A DNA stretch of 64,000 nucleotides from contig CAWFAK010000017.1 of NCBI GenBank assembly GCA_963813715.1, forward strand, positions 1,088,001 to 1,152,000, in the 5' to 3' direction. Origin of the DNA: an uncultured Planctomycetaceae bacterium (GTDB taxonomy: Bacteria; Planctomycetota; Planctomycetia; Planctomycetales; Planctomycetaceae). Below the pieces are notes generated by a model. It did no database searches, was not told the origin of the DNA, and saw only the letters and a program-made list of their open reading frames with translations. Of this stretch, positions 30,693 to 40,414 are shown piece by piece; positions within the stretch are counted from its first letter, which is position 1, and each line of letters begins with the position of its first letter. The position numbers were made by a program, and so were the translations under genes.

Positions 30693-33376
30693 ATGTCGGT
30701 TCGTTCTGGTTTACGAGTGTTGAGCCTCGCGGGGCTTCTGGCCAGTTTCGCCTTTGCGCCAAGCGGCGCGCGGTCCGACGACAACAAATCGACCGCGGCC
30801 AAGGGCCCGAAGATCACGTTTGAGGATCACATCAAGCCGATCTTCCGCGAAAAGTGCGCCGCCTGTCACAACACCGACAAGAAGACCGCCGGTCTCGACC
30901 TGACAAATTACGCCGGCACGATGGCGGGCGGCGGCTCGGCGCGGTGGTCAATCCCGGCAGCTCCGGCGACAGCTACCTATACTCGCTCGTCACGCATCAG
31001 TCGCAGCCCTACATGCCGCTCAAGGCCGATAAGCTGCCCGACGAAATGATCGCCACAATCGCCAAGTGGATCGACGGCGGGGCGCTCGAGACGAGCGGCA
31101 GCAAGGCCCTCGCTCCCAAAAAGCCAAAGCTCGATCTCGCGCTCAAAGGCGCGCCGACCGGGCGGCCGGCCGGACCGCCGCCGATGCCCGAGCACTTGAC
31201 GCTCGAGCCCGTGGTGCGGACGCAGCGGGCCACCGCCTCGCGGACGCTCGCCGTCAACCCGTGGTCGCCGCTGGCGGCGCTCGCCGGGCAGAAGCAGGTC
31301 CTGCTCTACAACACGAAGACGCTCGAACTCGTCGGCGTCCTCCCCTTCCCCGAAGGCGTGCCGCAAGTTTTGAAGTTCAGCCAGAACGGGCTGTTGCTGC
31401 TCGCGGGCGGTGGACGCGGGGCGGCCAGCGGTCGTGTCGTCGTCTGGAACATCAAAACGGGCGATCGCATTTTCGAGGTCGGCGAGGAGCTGGATAGCGT
31501 GCTGGGGGCCGACATCAGTGCGGACCAGTCGCTGATCGCGCTCGGCGGCCCGGGCAAAATCGTCCGTGTCTACTCGACCGCGGACGGCTCGCTCAAAGCC
31601 CAAATGAAAAAGCACACCGATTGGGTCACCTCCGTCGCCTTCAGTCCCGATGGAGTGCTCTTGGCATCGGCCGATCGCAACGGCGGCGTCGTGATTTGGG
31701 AGGCTCAGACGGGCCGCGAATACGCGGTTCTCGCCGGCCACCCGAGCGCGGTCAACGCGTTGTCGTGGCGCATCGATTCCAACTTGTTGGCAACCGGCAG
31801 CGAAGACACCACCATCAAGCTCTGGGAGCCGGAAAACGGCAATCAAGTGAAGACTTGGGGGGCTCACGGCGGCGGCGTGACGTCGCTCGCATTCACGCGG
31901 GACGGACGGCTCGTTTCCTGCGGGCGCGACGGCGTCGCCAAGCTCTGGGACCAAAATGGATCGGCCAAGCGCGCGTTTTCCGGCTTTGCCGACCTGCCGC
32001 TCGCGGTCGCCTTTTGCGACGAGACGAACCGGGTAATTGCCGGCGACTGGACCGGTGCCGTGCGGGTCTTCGACGCCAACGACGGCAAGCAGATCGGCGT
32101 GCTCGATGCCGATCCGCCGACACTCGTTGAACGGCTCGATACGTCCAAGAAATCGCTGGCGGCACGAGAAGCCGAGCACGGCCAACTGGCTGAACGGCTA
32201 AAAGTCGCCAAGACCGAATCCGCAAAGCGTCACGCGGAGCTGGAAGCAGCCCGCAAAGAGCTCACGACCGCCGAGGCGAACTGGACGACGGCCGCCACCA
32301 TTGCCGGCAAGGACAAAGCGGCTGCGGACGCTGTGGCCGCCGAGATCAAGTCGACACCAGCCCGCATCGCCGCGCTCGAGGCCGCCCTGCCTTCGCTCAA
32401 AATTGCCGCCGAAAAGAGCGAGCAGGCGTTGGCGAAGATCGCAGGCGACAAGGATCTGGCTGCGGCGGCCGCCGTTGTGAAGGCCCAGGTCGCGCAGAAG
32501 ACTAAAGACCTCGACGCCGCCAAGCACGCTCTGCCCGAGCTAAAGAAGCGATTCGAGAAAGCCCATGGCGCACAGGTGGCTTCCGAAAAACGTCTGGCGG
32601 ACCTCAAGCCGGGGCTCGAGGCAGTACGCAAGAAGGCCGTCGATCCGGCTGCGGCCGTGCAGCCAGCATTTGACGCCTCGGCACAGTCGCTGACTCGCGC
32701 CGAGCGGGACGTGGCTCGTTGGACAGAAGAAATCGCCTTCCGCGATAAGGCCGTCCAGGTTGCGGCCGCGCAAGCGAAGTCCGCACAGCTGGCCGATGCC
32801 GTGCAATCGGCGCAAGCGGCGCTCGACTCGGCCAAGGCAGACGTCTCGAAGCTGGAGCAAGGCGTAGCCGCCGCGATCAAAGAATCCGAGGCTGCCACCA
32901 CCGGCATCAAACGGGCGCAGGAATATGTCGCCCAGTTGGGAGCGGAGCAGCAAGCGGCCGTGCGGCACGCCGCGATCATCGATGCGCTCGTTCCCGCCCT
33001 GGGCGAGTCGTTGGCACGGGCCGAAGAGGCCGCGCGGCGCGGTCCCGGGGAAGCCGATGTCGCTGGACAGGTCAACGAGATCAAGCAGCTGATTGCCAAG
33101 AAAACGGCCGAGTCGGAACTACTCAAAAAGACGGCCGCCGAAAAGCCGAAGGCAATCGAGAACGCCCGCAACCAGGTGGTTGCCGCCGAAAAGCGACTTG
33201 CCGACAGCAGGGTGGCGATTGAGTCTTCCCGCAAAAAGGTCGCTGACGCCAAGGTGGGTCTCAAGCCCTTCGAAGAACGGGTCGCCGCCGCCAAGTCGAA
33301 CGCCGGCGAGGGAACGAAAATTCTCGAGGCGGCCAAAAAGAGGCTCGAGGCTGCGGCCCCGCACCGCGCGGCCTAG
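30693..33376 (+). CDS. Planctomycete cytochrome c + WD40 repeat + long coiled-coil protein (frameshift near 30940)
   Basis: Signal peptide, IKPIFREKCAACH...MP...WIDGGA, WD repeats (HTDWVTSVAFSPDG, GHPSAVNALSW), Ala/Lys-rich helical tail. Confidence 0.85.
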
Positions 33377-33513
33377 ACCGGAAAAACGGTCTTGGAAAAG
33401 CCTCCGGTCGGCCGCTATCATCGCGCCTGCACCGCGGTCTTTACCGGTTGATGCAAGCGGCAGCGAGCCGCTGTCATCCGTTGGAAAAATCGACCGCGCT
33501 CTTCGCGCAATCC

Positions 33514-34248
33514 ATGAAGCCTTTGGTCACGATCTCGCTTGCGTTGTTGGTCGCCACCGTGGTCGGCACGTCGCCCGCACGGGCCGTCGACTCGCGCCAG
33601 CACCCGGCGCTCGCCAACGCGCCGCGGATTACGCATGCGCCGAATGGCGCGGCTGGCGACCCGGTCAACATCGCATTCATTGGGTCCGAGGAGGATCTGC
33701 ACCTCTGCCTGCTCTCGGCCAAATGGGCCCCGGCCGATCCGATCACACTCAAATCATCGATGCGGATCGTCGGAGACACGGTGTTTCGCCGTTCCTACAT
33801 TGATGCCCCAGTGAGCAACCTCCTCTTGTGGGGCCGCAAACAGGACTTTGCCTTTGAGCAGCCGGTGGGAAAAGACCCGCGGCAGCGGCACCACGTGCGG
33901 TTCTGGCGGGCCGACAAGGTCGACTCTCTGGGCCGTCCGCTCTGGGTGGGAGCAGCGACCTACGACACGCGAGTCGGCTTCAAGCAGCGCAGCGTCAAAG
34001 TCACCCACCACATCGCGCCGGACGTCGATACCGAGCGCGACAAAGTGATTCGGGACGCTCGGGAAACCGGAGATCTCGTCGACTTCTTCTGGGTCGACGG
34101 CTTTCACGAGAAGGTGCGCGGCAAGAACGGCGGCGGCGATCCCTGGTTCACCGACGGTCGCCTGGCCGTCGGCGTGATTATGCTGCACAATCGGTTCACG
34201 ACGAAGCCGTCAGGGGCCGAAGCAGGCCCCGCCAATGGACGCAAGTGA
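33514..34248 (+). CDS. Secreted LssY C-terminal domain protein
   Basis: Signal peptide, GDPVNIAFIG, APVSNLLLWGRKQDFAFE, RHHVRFW, WVGAATYD, THHIAPDVDTERD, WFTDG. Confidence 0.85.
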   Translation: MKPLVTISLALLVATVVGTSPARAVDSRQHPALANAPRITHAPNGAAGDPVNIAFIGSEEDLHLCLLSAKWAPADPITLKSSMRIVGDTVFRRSYIDAPVSNLLLWGRKQDFAFEQPVGKDPRQRHHVRFWRADKVDSLGRPLWVGAATYDTRVGFKQRSVKVTHHIAPDVDTERDKVIRDARETGDLVDFFWVDGFHEKVRGKNGGGDPWFTDGRLAVGVIMLHNRFTTKPSGAEAGPANGRK

Positions 34249-34287
34249 GCCAATCAAATCGGGCGGCGAAAGCCGAAAACCGCTTCC

Positions 34288-34572
34288 TCAGCCCTCTGAT
34301 TGCGCCGGACGGTCGAGTCGCGCGGAAATCAACCTGGCCCATCCGTTCAGCGACGTCGGCAGTTCGTCGGGCAGCATCTCAGAGAGGATGTCGATTCCGA
34401 ACTCGTTTTCAGCGCGCAGCACGAACTCCATCAAGTCGACGGAGTTCACCCCCAGCGTCGCGAAGTCGGCCTGCGCGTCGAGCTGCGACGGATTGACCCG
34501 GCCCTTGCCGCCCTCCCCGATGACACGCGCTAAGATCTCTTTGAGCTTTTGTTCCGCGCTGGCTGCGTTCAC
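34288..34572 (-). CDS. Acyl carrier protein
   Basis: FATLGVNSVDLMEFVLRAENEFGIDI, with the phosphopantetheine Ser in NS rather than DS; GGAGA RBS before GTG. Confidence 0.85.
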   Translation of the reverse strand: MNAASAEQKLKEILARVIGEGGKGRVNPSQLDAQADFATLGVNSVDLMEFVLRAENEFGIDILSEMLPDELPTSLNGWARLISARLDRPAQSEG

Positions 34573-34616
34573 GCGTTTCTCCGTCGAGGGAAATCGTGAG
34601 GCGTCGCCCGCAACGA

Positions 34617-36118
34617 CTAGGGCAACTGGTCCTTGATGATCTTGCCCGTGGGAGTGCGAGGCAAGGCCGCGAGTGGAATGATGACCTCGGGCCGCTTGTA
34701 GGCGACGAGATTGGCGGCACAGTGCTCGCGCAGCGCGACCATGTCGAGCGTTTCCGGCGCGACGGCCGCTTTGACAATTTGCGAACCGGAGCGGTGCTGT
34801 CCGGCGTAAACCTTCACGTCGGTGACGCCCGGAAAGTCGCGGACGACGCTCTCGACTTCGCTGGGGATCACCTTCATGCCGAACACGTTGACGACTTCGC
34901 TTTCACGCCCCACCAGGTTCACGCGGCCGGCCGCATCGACAAAACCCAGGTCGCCTGTCTGGAACCAGCCGTTGCGAATCGACGACGCGTCGATACCGGT
35001 CGGCGTCAGGTATCCCGCCATCATCGACGGCGATTTGACGGCCACGTGGCCGATTCCCGGCTTCCACTCGGACGAGTCCGGAATCGGGCGGATCTCCACC
35101 GAAACGAGACGCATCTTGGGGCCGACTGATCCCGGGGCGCCGTCGGTCGGCGCGTCCACGTCGACGCAGATGCCGCCCGTCTCGGTGCTGCCATAGAGCG
35201 ACCAGGCCGTCTGCCGGTTCTTCTCGAAAAACTCCCGGGCCGTGTGCTCGGCCAGCGGGGCGCCCGCCGAGAGCACGCGGCGGGGCAACCGAGCGATCGG
35301 TCCGCGGCTGGCGACGAGCAAAAGGTGCAACATGGCCGGGACAGCCGGGAAGGTGGTGATGTTCAGGTCGCGAAGAGCCTGAAAAACCGCGTGCGGCTGG
35401 AACCTCCGGCTGGAAACGACGCTCGCGCCGGAAACGAGGGGCATCATCGCGCTGGTACCGAACCCGTAAGCATGACTCATCGGCACGACGCACAGGATGT
35501 CGTCGTCCGGGCCGATGCCCATGGCTTCCTGGTAATGCGCAGCCTCGGCAATCGCGGCAATACCGTGTCGCGCGGCCAGCTTCGGGATGCCGGTGGTTCC
35601 TGACGTGGGATGCAGGGGCATGCCGGCGATTGGCGGCAGCGACCGCTTGTCCGTTGCGGCCCCACCCTTGAGAGCCGCGAAGTTTAACGACGCGCCAGGC
35701 GCAAAGTTCAACGGAACGACCGATTCGGCAAAGGGAGCCAGGTCGTTTTCCGACCAGGCGTCGCAAAGCGCGAACCGCGCGTCGTAGGACCGTGCCAGCC
35801 GATCAAGTTCGGCCGGCGGAGTCTCAACGTGCAAGAGCACCGGCGCCCTACCGCGCTCAGGACGGCCACAAACGCAACAAGGAATCCCGGGCCATTACCG
35901 ACCGCCAACAACACGCGGTTGCCGGATCTGAGGGGATTTTTTTCGCGCGCGAACCCGGCAACTAGCCCGTCACGCGCTGCCCGCATTTGGGCCCCGTCCA
36001 GCTTCAATCCACGATCGAGATCTTGAAAGGAGCCGCGGTAGTTCTCGAAGAGGTCGAGCAGAGGCGCGGGAGCGAGATTTGGCTTGTTTTCCAGGGTTTT
36101 TTTGGGGGCTAAGCTCAT
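34617..36118 (-). CDS. Class I adenylate-forming ligase (acyl-CoA/ACP ligase family; frameshift near 35845)
   Basis: TSGTTGIPK, YGSTETG, WFQTGDLG, VGR..GMKVIPSEVE, LPRTPTGKI; N-terminus in ORF 35708..36136. Confidence 0.88.
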
Positions 36119-36553
36119 GAAGCGTTTTGTCCACACGTCGGCAAGGGCTGAGCGCTTCGAACAACCGGCCGCTCGTCGCCCGGAATTGTCGCCGCAGGCT
36201 GTTTATCTTTGCAAAGCGCGGGCGCTTTCACGAGAATGGGACGTTAGCCAACCTTTTTTAAATCGCCGGACACGGAACGAGAAGTGCAATCTTTCCGGCG
36301 GAAAAAGGGTGACCGGATTGAGGAAGCCGATCCTGGCCCGCTCGGTCCACCGGGCATTTTTTGTCGAAAGGGAGATCACAGAGAAGACTGCCGGCAGCCA
36401 GCCGAGTTTTGATCCGGGATGTCCGTATCGGGTTGAAATGGACGTCAGAGCTCGTCGCGACCAGCGACTCGGGAAATGGCCCGAAACGCCGGTTGAGTTA
36501 ACAACGGATGAGCTCGCCGGGGGCCGACCCGAAACTCTCACAGATTGACATCG

Positions 36554-39142
36554 ATGCGATTTGCCTTTCTGGTTCATCCAGTCGCTGACACTACCGAATC
36601 CTTCATCAAGTTGGATGAGGGGGGCGTCCTCCGGAAGCTGTGGGGCGCCGACCCCCTGCGGCTCACCGGTGCGCTGCACAAAGTCGTGCAGCAGGTGCTC
36701 GCCGGCGCGGACGAGCCTCACGTCCCGGAAGTGCGCATCGTCGACGAGCTGACCGACCTCGTCAGTCCGACGGGCGCCACGGCCCACGGGCGGCTCTACG
36801 AGATCCCGATGGGCGCAATGGCCATCCTCGAGGATCCGGACCGAGCCCTGGGATACATGCATCAGGCCGTCCGCCAGGCCGTCGATTGGGGTGCAAGGAT
36901 CGTCGGCCTGGGATCGATGACGGGAATCGTGGGCGGCCGCGGAACGGTCGTCGCTGAACAGAGCCCCATTGCCGTCACGACCGGAAACAGTCTGACCGCC
37001 TACACCGCCTTGCAGAATGTCTTTGAGACCGCTGCCGAGCTGAATATCGATCTGGCTCACGAGACGGTGGCAGTCGTCGGCATCCCGGGAAGCATTGCCT
37101 CCGTTGCCGCGACGTTGATCGCCCCCCACTGCGGACGGCTGATCCTGGTTGGACGATCGGCGTCAGGACCGGCCCAGCGGTTGGCACGGCAACTTTCGTG
37201 CGAATTCGTCACCGACATGGCCGAGGCGCTGAGCCAGGCGACGATCGTCGTTTCCGCAACGTCGTCCGGCAGCTGCATTGAGCAATCGTGGCTGAAGCCG
37301 GGAACGCTGGTGGTCGACGTCGGCGTGCCGACCGACGTCCGCGGCAGCGCCGCCGAGCGGGACGACGTGCTGATCCTCACCGGCGGCTTGATCCGCGTCC
37401 CCGAGCCGATGGCCCAAGCGTCGCGGCTCTTGTGGTTCCAGCACGGCATGATCCCCAGCTGCCTCAGCGAAACAATGCTATTGGCCCTCGAAGAGCGCGA
37501 GGAATGCTTCTCGCTCGGCCGTGAGCTGTCGCCCGAGGGAGTGCAGGAGATCGGCTCAATCGCCCGTCGCCACGGCTTCGACTTCTCGCGACTCTATTCC
37601 TTCGGCTGCCCGCTGGGCGACGACGCCCTCGTGCGTTTTCAAAAGACACGGGCGCAGATGGCCCGCCGCACGACCCTCTCGGCGCCGGCCGCCAAGGCCG
37701 CGCCGACACCGCGACAACTGGCCGACCGCGCCGCCAAGCTCTACGCCCGCTACATCAATCCCGTTCTGATGGCGATGAACGGGACGAGCGGCTTGTTCGA
37801 GACCTTTGTCCGCGGCGAGGGAGAGTATCTCTACGACGCAGCCGGCAAAAAGTATCTCGACTTCGTCGCCGGCTTTGGCTCGCTGAATTTCGGCCACAAC
37901 CACCCGGCCGTTGCTGAGGCGGTTAGCACGGCCATCCGCGAGCAGGCCCCCGGTTTCACGCCGACGTCCGTGAATCCCTACGCGGCCACGCTTGCCGAAA
38001 AGCTCGTCTCCAAAGCGCCGAGCGGCCTCGAGATGGCCTTCTTCTGCAACAGCGGCACCGAGGCCGTGGAAGCGTCGATCAAGCTGGCCCGTGCGGCGAC
38101 CGGCCGGAGCGGCCTGTTATCCTGCGACGGGGCATTCCACGGCAAATCGATGGGCTCACTCTCGGTCACGGGCAATCCCGGATATCAGAAGGTGTTTCAG
38201 CCGCTCGTCGGGGATTGCCACCGCATTCCGTACGGCGACTTCGAGGCGCTCGAGCGGACGCTGTCCACGCGGCGCTTCGCGGCGTTTATCGTCGAGCCAA
38301 TTCAAGCCGAGGGCGGCGTGCGCATGGCTCCGGCCGGCTACCTCCGCGAGGCGCAGGCCATCTGCCGATCGACCGACACGCTCTTGATCGTCGACGAAGT
38401 GCAGACCGGCATGGGCCGCACGGGCATGAACTTCGCCGTCGAGCACGAGGACGTCCATCCCGACGTCATGACCCTGGCGAAGTCGCTCGGCGGCGGGCTG
38501 ATGCCGATCGGCGCGATGCTCGCTCGACGCGACCTGTGGATGAAGGCGTACGGAACCGTCGCGAACTGCACGCTGCACACCAGCACCTTCGGCGGCGGCA
38601 GCCTGGCCACGGCCGCGGGACTCGCCGCACTCGACGTTCTCGATAACGAATGCCTGGCAGAGAACGCGGCTCGCCGCGGCGATCAACTGCTCGCCGGGCT
38701 GAGCGAAATGGCCAAGCGGTTCCGTTGCGTGAAGACCGTGCGCGGCCGGGGCTTGTTGCTCGGCGTCGAGTTCCAGCCGCTGCAGGCCAACGTCAAGGCG
38801 CATTGGATGCAGATCGATCCGACCGGCATGTCGCGGTATATCGCGGCCGAGGTTGGTCAGATGATCGACGCGTTCCACGTGCTGCACGCCATGCAGACCC
38901 TGATGCAGGGCCACGCGATCTATACGCAGTTCACGCGATCCAATCCGCTGGTCCTGCGGATCGAGCCGCCCCTGACGATTACGGAGGCCCAGACGCAGGA
39001 ATTTCTCACCGCCTTCGAGAAAACCTGTGAGGAAATCGACTTTGTCGTGTCGATCATCGGCGAGATGATCGCCAAGACGAGCGTCGGCAAGCATGACGCG
39101 GCCCAGCGCGCCGGCTTCACTCCGGCAGATGCGGCTCAGTAA
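36554..39142 (+). CDS. PigE-like fusion: acyl-thioester (acyl-ACP) reductase + class III PLP aminotransferase
   Basis: N-half FAFLVHP, VGLGSMTGIVG, VTTGNSLT, VAVVGIPGSIA, IPSCLSET; C-half FCNSGTEAVE, FHGKSMG, DEVQTGMGRTG, TLAKSLGGG, HTSTFGG. Confidence 0.88.
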   Translation: MRFAFLVHPVADTTESFIKLDEGGVLRKLWGADPLRLTGALHKVVQQVLAGADEPHVPEVRIVDELTDLVSPTGATAHGRLYEIPMGAMAILEDPDRALGYMHQAVRQAVDWGARIVGLGSMTGIVGGRGTVVAEQSPIAVTTGNSLTAYTALQNVFETAAELNIDLAHETVAVVGIPGSIASVAATLIAPHCGRLILVGRSASGPAQRLARQLSCEFVTDMAEALSQATIVVSATSSGSCIEQSWLKPGTLVVDVGVPTDVRGSAAERDDVLILTGGLIRVPEPMAQASRLLWFQHGMIPSCLSETMLLALEEREECFSLGRELSPEGVQEIGSIARRHGFDFSRLYSFGCPLGDDALVRFQKTRAQMARRTTLSAPAAKAAPTPRQLADRAAKLYARYINPVLMAMNGTSGLFETFVRGEGEYLYDAAGKKYLDFVAGFGSLNFGHNHPAVAEAVSTAIREQAPGFTPTSVNPYAATLAEKLVSKAPSGLEMAFFCNSGTEAVEASIKLARAATGRSGLLSCDGAFHGKSMGSLSVTGNPGYQKVFQPLVGDCHRIPYGDFEALERTLSTRRFAAFIVEPIQAEGGVRMAPAGYLREAQAICRSTDTLLIVDEVQTGMGRTGMNFAVEHEDVHPDVMTLAKSLGGGLMPIGAMLARRDLWMKAYGTVANCTLHTSTFGGGSLATAAGLAALDVLDNECLAENAARRGDQLLAGLSEMAKRFRCVKTVRGRGLLLGVEFQPLQANVKAHWMQIDPTGMSRYIAAEVGQMIDAFHVLHAMQTLMQGHAIYTQFTRSNPLVLRIEPPLTITEAQTQEFLTAFEKTCEEIDFVVSIIGEMIAKTSVGKHDAAQRAGFTPADAAQ

Positions 39143-39181
39143 GGCGCGGCGGCGTTTCACAAACGCTTGACGGGCGACTCC

Positions 39182-40363
39182 ATGACGATGGTCGTTTCCA
39201 GCGATCCCTCTTCCTCGCGGCTCGCATACACGGCCTCGGTTTACGACTCGATTCGCAACGTCGATCCGGACGAATGGAACCACGTCCGCGAACCGCACGC
39301 CGATCCCTTCATGCATCCGGGCTTCGTGGCGGCCGTCGAGAATTCATTCGCCGACGTGTGCCGCTTCCGCCACGTCGTGATCCGTGACGAACACGCTCAT
39401 GCGGTGGCGGCCGCCTGCCTCTGCTTCTTTCCGGTCGACGCGGCCGTGCTCGCCGACGGTTTTGCCCGCCGCATCGCCAACGCGATCAACGGCGTGGCGC
39501 CGTTTCTGTTGCGGGTCCCCCTGCTCTTGGTCGGGATGCCCGTCTCCTGCGGCGCCAGCCACCTGCGATTCGCCCCTGAGGCCGATCGAGAAGCGGCGCT
39601 CAAGCTGATCGACGAAGAGGCCCGCAAATTCGCGCGGGAGACGAAGGCCAAGTGCATCGTCTTCAAAGAATTTGAAGCTCACGAATGTCACGACCTCGAG
39701 CCGTTGAAAACTCTCGGTTATTGCCAGGCCGACAGTCTGCCCATGAACTGCGCCCCGGCCCAGTACACCAGCTTCGACAATTACCTGGCCAGCGTCCCTT
39801 CGGCCAAGCGGCGCACGATCAAGAAAGCCCGCGACAAGTTTGCGAAGTTCGGTTTTAAGGTCGCGCACTTGCGCGGCGGCGAAGGGGCCGATCGCCTTTA
39901 TACCGACGAAGTGCATGGGCTTTACGACGGCGTGCTCGACCGGGCCAAGGTCCGCTTCGAGCGTCTGCCGGCCGAATTCTTCCGCGAGATCGCGCGGCAG
40001 ATGCCCGACAATTCGCTCTTCACTTACATCTTTCAGGGCGAGCGGATCGTGGCATTTGCGGCAACGCTGACCGTTGAAGACGTGTTCGACCAGATGTTCG
40101 TCGGCTACGACTACGAGCTCAACCCCGAGTGCGATCTCTATTTCAACCTGTTCTTCGAGGCGGTCGCTGCCGCCTTCGAGCGCCGGCCGCGTCGGATTTA
40201 CATCGGCCAGACGAGCGACGACTTCAAGCACCAGAAGCTGAGCGGCTTCCAGATTCCCCTATCGATCTACGTCAAGGGGACGCACCCGCTGGTTAGCGCA
40301 CTCATCAAGAACGCTTTTGGTCTGTTCTTCCCGCTGCGCCCGCTCCAGTATCCGCAGCCGTAG
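39182..40363 (+). CDS. FemAB-like / BioF2-like GNAT-fold transferase (paralog 2)
   Basis: DSIRNVDPDEWN, IVFKEF, SFDNYLASVPSAKRRTIKK, GYDYE, LYFNLF, IGQTSDDFK. Confidence 0.8.
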   Translation: MTMVVSSDPSSSRLAYTASVYDSIRNVDPDEWNHVREPHADPFMHPGFVAAVENSFADVCRFRHVVIRDEHAHAVAAACLCFFPVDAAVLADGFARRIANAINGVAPFLLRVPLLLVGMPVSCGASHLRFAPEADREAALKLIDEEARKFARETKAKCIVFKEFEAHECHDLEPLKTLGYCQADSLPMNCAPAQYTSFDNYLASVPSAKRRTIKKARDKFAKFGFKVAHLRGGEGADRLYTDEVHGLYDGVLDRAKVRFERLPAEFFREIARQMPDNSLFTYIFQGERIVAFAATLTVEDVFDQMFVGYDYELNPECDLYFNLFFEAVAAAFERRPRRIYIGQTSDDFKHQKLSGFQIPLSIYVKGTHPLVSALIKNAFGLFFPLRPLQYPQP

Positions 40364-40393
40364 ATGGGCGGCGTGAGTTGATCGGCGCCGGAT

Positions 40394-40411
40394 GCGCGGC
40401 AAGTGCCGCGC
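40394..40411. terminator. Possible bidirectional hairpin between convergent GNAT and nadK genes
   Basis: GCGCGGC-AAGT-GCCGCGC inverted repeat; no U-tract. Confidence 0.3.
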
Positions 40412-40414
40412 CGT

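Noticed and set aside
36554..39142. Prodigiosin or tambjamine gene cluster
   Set aside because: Only the PigE/TamH-like enzyme, a ligase and an ACP are present; no prolyl-carrier oxidase, bipyrrole synthase or PigC/TamQ-type condensing enzyme is in the window.
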